A DNA stretch of 64,000 nt, from NCBI GenBank assembly GCA_043806755.1, contig JAZDGS010000051.1, forward strand, positions 4,546-68,545. The letters are read 5' to 3'. A program made the translations under genes and the position numbers. The stretch's first letter is position 1; each line of letters opens with the position of its first letter. The notes under the pieces were generated by a model, which saw only the letters and a list, made by a program, of their open reading frames with translations, did not search any database and was not told where the DNA came from. Positions 59,849 to 64,000 of this stretch are shown piece by piece. The stretch comes from Pseudomonadota bacterium (GTDB lineage Bacteria > Desulfobacterota > Desulfobacteria > Desulfobacterales > UBA2156).

Positions 59849-61051
59849 ATGACCCGATTTGCAAGACTGGATCGGCTTCCGCCATATGTTTTTGCCACCG
59901 TCAACCAGATCAAGACGGAGGCAAGGCATCAGGGTAAAGATATCATCGATCTGGGGATGGGAAACCCGGATTTGGGGACCCCTCCCCATATCGTCGCAAA
60001 ACTCATTGAAGCGGCTCAAAAATCCCACAATCACCGGTATTCCGCATCCATGGGGATCACCAAATTAAGAGTCGCCATATCGAACTGGTACAAACGCCGG
60101 TTTGACGTGGACATCAACCCCGACACCGAAGCCATCGTCACCATCGGCGTCAAGGAAGGGCTTTCCCATTTGATCCTAGTCACCATCCGACCGGGAGATG
60201 TGGTGTTTACTCCTAATCCGACATATCCCATCCACCCCTATTCGGCGATCATCGCCGGAGGAGATGTCCGTGGCATACCGATGGGACCGGATGAAAATTT
60301 TTTCGAAAATTTGATGAAAGCCACCAAACAGACCTGGCCCAGACCCAAGGTGCTGATCCTTTCCTACCCGCATAACCCCACAACCGAAATGGTGGAACTC
60401 GACTTTTTTCAGAAAATCGTCGAATACGCCAAAGAGCACGACATTATAGTGATTCACGATTTTGCTTACGCCGACCTGGTTTTTGACGGCTACAGCGCTC
60501 CCAGTTTTCTTCAGGCCAAAGGGGCAAAGGATGTGGGCGTGGAATTTTTCTCCTTGTCCAAGAGTTACAGCATGGCCGGCTGGCGGGTCGGATTTTGCGT
60601 GGGAAATCCCGAAATCGTGGCCGCTCTGAAAAGGATTAAAAGCTATTTGGACTACGGTATCTTTCAGCCTATCCAAATCGCCGCCATCATCGCATTAAAC
60701 GGCGAAAACGAAGAGGATCTCAAAACCAATTTAAAAGAACGGCAAAAATGCGTCATGGACGTCGTGGAAACCTACCGGCAACGAAGGGATGCGCTGGTGT
60801 CCGGGCTGGAGCGGATCGGATGGCACATCAAACCCCCAAAAGGGACCATGTTCGTATGGGGCAAAATTCCGAACAAATACGTTAAGTTAGGGTCGGTGGA
60901 GTTCGCCAAGTTCATGATTCATCATGCCCAGGTTGCTGTATCACCCGGCCTCGGGTTCGGTGAATATGGGGACGAGTACGTGCGCTTTGCATTGATTGAA
61001 AACAACATGCGCATCAATCAGGCGGTCAGAGGAATCAAAAAAATCCTATAA
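59849..61051 (+). CDS. Class I/II PLP-dependent aminotransferase (AlaC/AspC-like)
   Basis: 400 aa, ..LPPYVFA.., ..IDLGMGNPD.., ..SYPHNPT.., ..[15 protein letters not shown].. (PLP lysine). Confidence 0.85.
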   Translation: MTRFARLDRLPPYVFATVNQIKTEARHQGKDIIDLGMGNPDLGTPPHIVAKLIEAAQKSHNHRYSASMGITKLRVAISNWYKRRFDVDINPDTEAIVTIGVKEGLSHLILVTIRPGDVVFTPNPTYPIHPYSAIIAGGDVRGIPMGPDENFFENLMKATKQTWPRPKVLILSYPHNPTTEMVELDFFQKIVEYAKEHDIIVIHDFAYADLVFDGYSAPSFLQAKGAKDVGVEFFSLSKSYSMAGWRVGFCVGNPEIVAALKRIKSYLDYGIFQPIQIAAIIALNGENEEDLKTNLKERQKCVMDVVETYRQRRDALVSGLERIGWHIKPPKGTMFVWGKIPNKYVKLGSVEFAKFMIHHAQVAVSPGLGFGEYGDEYVRFALIENNMRINQAVRGIKKIL

Positions 61052-61061
61052 GAGGTTTTAA

Positions 61062-62381
61062 ATGAACATCATCCATGTCGGACTCCTCGGTTGCGGCACG
61101 GTGGGAACAGGGGTCGCCAGGATCCTGATGGAAAAGGAGCCGCTCATCAGCGACCGGGTGGGCGCCGTCATCCGTCTAAAAACCGTGGCGGACATCGATC
61201 TGGAAAAAGACCGGGGGATCCGGTTTAAAAACGGGATGCTTACGAAAAACGCATTTCAGGTGGTTAACGACCCGGAGATCGATATCGTCATTGAAATGAT
61301 CGGCGGCGAAGGGGTTGCCAAGGATCTCATCTTAAGAGCCATTGAAAACAAGAAACCGGTCGTGACGGCAAACAAGGCGCTTCTGGCGAATCAAGGGAAT
61401 GCGCTCTTTAAGGCCGCGGCGCAACACGGGGTGGACCTGGCTTTTGAAGCGAGCGTGGGCGGGTGCATGCCGGTTATTAAAGCCATACGGGAATCCCTGG
61501 TGGGAAACCGGATCCAATCCATGATCGGCATCCTCAACGGCACCTGCAATTACATTCTTTCCAAAATCACCAACGACGGGAGCGTCTTCGAGGCCGCTTT
61601 GGCGGAAGCCCAAGCCAAAGGCTTTGCAGAAGCCGATCCGACGCTGGACGTGGAGGGGCACGACACAGCACACAAGCTGGCCATCCTGTCCGCCCTTGCC
61701 TACGGGATGGAGATCAATTTGTCGGATATTTACGTCGAAGGGATTTCCCGTATCGCCCCCATGGACATCGATTTTGCCCGGCAATTCGGATATACGGTTA
61801 AACTTCTGGCTATCAGTAAGAGCTTAGGAAGCGCCGTGGAAGCAAGGATTCACCCCACCATGATCCCTTTTGAAAACCTCCTTTCCAGCGTCAGCGGCTC
61901 GGTAAATGCGCTCACCATCACCGGAGATGCGGTGGGGGATATGATGTTCTATGGCTACGGGGCCGGCATGATGCCGACCGCCTCCGCCGTCATCAGCGAT
62001 GTCGTGGATCTCGCCCGAAACCGGATATCCGGGGCGTCCAGGGGAAGAATCCCCATGCTCTCGTATCAGCCCGGACGCATCCGAAAAATTCCGATTGTCC
62101 CGATCAAAGAGATCTCCACACACTACTACTTCAGATTTGCCGCCCTGGACCAACCCGGCGTTTTATCCAAAATATCGGGCGTTTTGGGAAATTATGGAAT
62201 CAGCATTAAATCCGTCCACCAGAAAGGACGAAAGACAAACGGTTCGGTCCCGGTGGTGATGCTATCCCATCTTGCCAAGGAAGAAAACGTCATCAAGGCG
62301 CTTTCGGAAATAGCCTCCCTGGATGTCGTGGAAGACAGGCCGGTTCTCATCCGCATCGAAGATGAAGCCGGGCAGGACTGA
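61062..62381 (+). CDS. hom: Homoserine dehydrogenase (with C-terminal ACT domain)
   Basis: 439 aa, ..VGLLGCGTVGTGV.., ..VVTANKAL.., ..FEASVGG.MP.I.., ..ILNGTCNYIL.., ..DPT.DV.G.D.AHKL... Confidence 0.95.
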   Translation: MNIIHVGLLGCGTVGTGVARILMEKEPLISDRVGAVIRLKTVADIDLEKDRGIRFKNGMLTKNAFQVVNDPEIDIVIEMIGGEGVAKDLILRAIENKKPVVTANKALLANQGNALFKAAAQHGVDLAFEASVGGCMPVIKAIRESLVGNRIQSMIGILNGTCNYILSKITNDGSVFEAALAEAQAKGFAEADPTLDVEGHDTAHKLAILSALAYGMEINLSDIYVEGISRIAPMDIDFARQFGYTVKLLAISKSLGSAVEARIHPTMIPFENLLSSVSGSVNALTITGDAVGDMMFYGYGAGMMPTASAVISDVVDLARNRISGASRGRIPMLSYQPGRIRKIPIVPIKEISTHYYFRFAALDQPGVLSKISGVLGNYGISIKSVHQKGRKTNGSVPVVMLSHLAKEENVIKALSEIASLDVVEDRPVLIRIEDEAGQD

Positions 62382-62448
62382 TTGAAAAAACCGATAACAC
62401 CCGATGGAACCCATTGAAATCATATCGATTCAAGCAGGCTGAACAAAC

Positions 62449-63078
62449 ATGGAAAAGCAGAATCCGCTGTATATGATCTGTTCCGACATGGAAGGTATTT
62501 TCACCCCTGAAATATGGATCAACGTGGCTGAAAAAATCGGAATCCCCGAGCTAAGGCTCACGACCCGGGATGTTCCGGATTACGATGTTCTGATGAAACA
62601 CCGTCTGGCCATTCTTCATAAAAACGGCCTCAAATTATCCGATATCCAGAAGGTGATCGCTTCCATGAACCCCCTTGAGGGGGCTCTTGATTTACTGAAT
62701 TGGCTCAGATCCAGGCATCCCACCATTATCGTTTCCGACACGTATGTTGAATTTGCCGGCCCCTTGCTCGAAAAAATGGGGTGGCCCACCCTGTTTTGCC
62801 ATTCCCTGGTCCTGAACTCAGGCGGCATGATCAAGGACTACAAACTCAGGCAGCCCGATGGAAAACGGATGACGGTGATTTCGCTTAAGAACCTCAATTA
62901 TAAAGTGATCGGAATCGGCGACTCATATAACGATATTTCCATGCTCAAAGAAGCCGATACCGCCATCCTGTTCCGTCCGCCGGAAAATGTGAAAAACGAA
63001 TATACGAATTTTCCGGTGGCTGAAACCTATGATGATGTCAAACGGATGATTCGAACAATCACCGGAGCCGACTCTTGA
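62449..63078 (+). CDS. thrH: Phosphoserine phosphatase / homoserine phosphotransferase ThrH (HAD family)
   Basis: 209 aa, collinear with Pseudomonas ThrH as I recall it: ..DMEGIFTPEIWI..AEK.GI..L..TTRD.PDYDVLMK.RL.IL...GLKL.DIQ.VIA...PLEGA...GDSYND..ML.EA...ILF.PPENV... Confidence 0.85.
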   Translation: MEKQNPLYMICSDMEGIFTPEIWINVAEKIGIPELRLTTRDVPDYDVLMKHRLAILHKNGLKLSDIQKVIASMNPLEGALDLLNWLRSRHPTIIVSDTYVEFAGPLLEKMGWPTLFCHSLVLNSGGMIKDYKLRQPDGKRMTVISLKNLNYKVIGIGDSYNDISMLKEADTAILFRPPENVKNEYTNFPVAETYDDVKRMIRTITGADS

Positions 63079-63099
63079 TGAAGAAGGAATCGATGTAAA

Positions 63100-63507
63100 A
63101 TGAACAAACCTCACCGGACCCTCTGCCGCGTCATCTACGGGGATACCGACAAGATGGGATATGCTTATTATGGAAACTACATGCGTTGGTTTGAAATCGG
63201 GCGAACCGAGCTGTTCCGCTCCATGGGATTGAACTATAAATCGATTGAAGAGAAGGGGGTTTTTCTCCCGGTTTCGGAAGCCTTTGTCAAATACGTTTTT
63301 CCGGTTCGTTATGACGATGAACTGGTGGTGGAAACCAGGATCGATTCCGGTGTCAAAGGAGGGGTCAAATTCGATTACTGCATCCGCAGGCAGGAAGGAG
63401 GTATCATCTGCGCGACCGGTTATACCAAGCATGCCTGCATCAACCCGGAAGGGCGTTTGATCCGTCCCCCGGCGTTTCTATCCCGTTTGATAAACGAAAC
63501 CTTGTGA
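63100..63507 (+). CDS. Acyl-CoA thioesterase, YbgC/4HBT (hotdog) family
   Basis: 135 aa, ..VIYGDTDKMGYAYYGNYMRWFEIGRTELFR.., the catalytic Asp context typical of YbgC. Confidence 0.8.
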   Translation: MNKPHRTLCRVIYGDTDKMGYAYYGNYMRWFEIGRTELFRSMGLNYKSIEEKGVFLPVSEAFVKYVFPVRYDDELVVETRIDSGVKGGVKFDYCIRRQEGGIICATGYTKHACINPEGRLIRPPAFLSRLINETL

Positions 63508-63529
63508 TCAGGATCCATCCGGAGGGAAA

Positions 63530-64000
63530 TTGAAAAAGCAAAAACCGGCAGCTGTTGATATCAGTGCGTTTGACTCCTGCAATATCCTCGTTGTCGGAGA
63601 TTTGATGATCGACGAATACATCTGGGGGGATGTCAATCGGATCTCCCCGGAAGCGCCTGTCCCCATCGTTTTAGTAAAAAGCGAAAGCTATACGCTGGGC
63701 GGCTCTGGAAACGTCATCAACAATATCGTGTCCCTGGGAGGGACTGTCTTGGCTGCCGGTGTCATCGGCACCGGCCGGAATGGAAAGCGGCTGTTAAATA
63801 GATTTGCGCAACTCGGTGTGGCCACGGACGGGATCATCCAGGACTCGGAGAGACCGACAACCCGGAAGACCCGGGTGATTGCCACCAACCAGCATGTATT
63901 GAGAATCGATAGGGAATCCAGAACCGAAATCTCGAACAAAACCCACAATCGCCTCTGCAACTTTTTGAACAAAACGATTCCAAAAGCCGATCTGGTTCTG
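63530..64000 (+). CDS. D-glycero-beta-D-manno-heptose-7-phosphate kinase (RfaE/HldE domain I), 3' end outside the window
   Basis: TTG start with GGAGGG upstream. ..ILVVGDLMIDEYIWGDVNRISPEAPVPIV...LGGSGNV..N...LG.., the ribokinase-fold PfkB signature of HldE domain I. Open to the window end. Confidence 0.8.
   Translation, partial: MKKQKPAAVDISAFDSCNILVVGDLMIDEYIWGDVNRISPEAPVPIVLVKSESYTLGGSGNVINNIVSLGGTVLAAGVIGTGRNGKRLLNRFAQLGVATDGIIQDSERPTTRKTRVIATNQHVLRIDRESRTEISNKTHNRLCNFLNKTIPKADLVL

Overview
The window is 64 kb of mostly housekeeping chromosome. Gene content suggests an anaerobic Desulfobacterota (deltaproteobacterial) organism, but that is inference only, and every family assignment comes from motifs read by eye with no searches run.

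About 55 protein genes are supported:
- kdsD (partial) and a membrane-anchored RdhA-like Fe-S protein
- groES-groEL
- a NEW3-domain exported protein with an ABC-2 transporter
- a metK-ahcY operon with a structured leader
- mobB
- a fatty-acid oxidation block: etfBA, a membrane Fe-S oxidoreductase, fadD, an acyl-CoA dehydrogenase and a TetR regulator
- cspA
- a c-di-GMP / phosphorelay cluster: PilZ, Hpt, REC-GGDEF and an MshEN-GspE-type ATPase fused to REC
- MTA/SAH salvage genes: punA-like, mtaD, apt, mtnP
- selB and hemW
- a TCA block: korDABG, acnA, icd
- a hybrid histidine kinase
- a LarA-like gene coupled to icd, and a HAL-type ammonia-lyase
- a GcvT-SHMT fusion with mltG and nagZ
- tsaD, a WecA/MraY-type transferase and purM
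- an aminotransferase, hom, thrH, a thioesterase and a partial heptose kinase

No rRNA, tRNA, CRISPR array, transposase, integrase, phage or recognisable defence genes were seen.

Observations most worth follow-up:
1. An unlisted 54-codon membrane ORF downstream of mobB has an in-frame UGA followed at the right distance by a SECIS-like hairpin. It is a candidate small selenoprotein, and selB lies in the same window. A weaker CxxU candidate sits downstream of purM.
2. A self-contained c-di-GMP circuit surrounds an orphan secretion-type ATPase that carries a near-perfect tandem MshEN motif and a C-terminal receiver domain.
3. An 18-26 bp palindromic operator occurs three times and links the TetR gene to the etf/FeS/fadD/acd genes.
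4. The metK-ahcY leader has a near-consensus promoter and an H-type pseudoknot resembling the SAH riboswitch.
5. A single ORF fuses GcvT to an SHMT-like domain.
6. A LarA-like gene is translationally coupled to icd.
7. A perfect 28-bp inverted repeat and several REP-like hairpin families are present.
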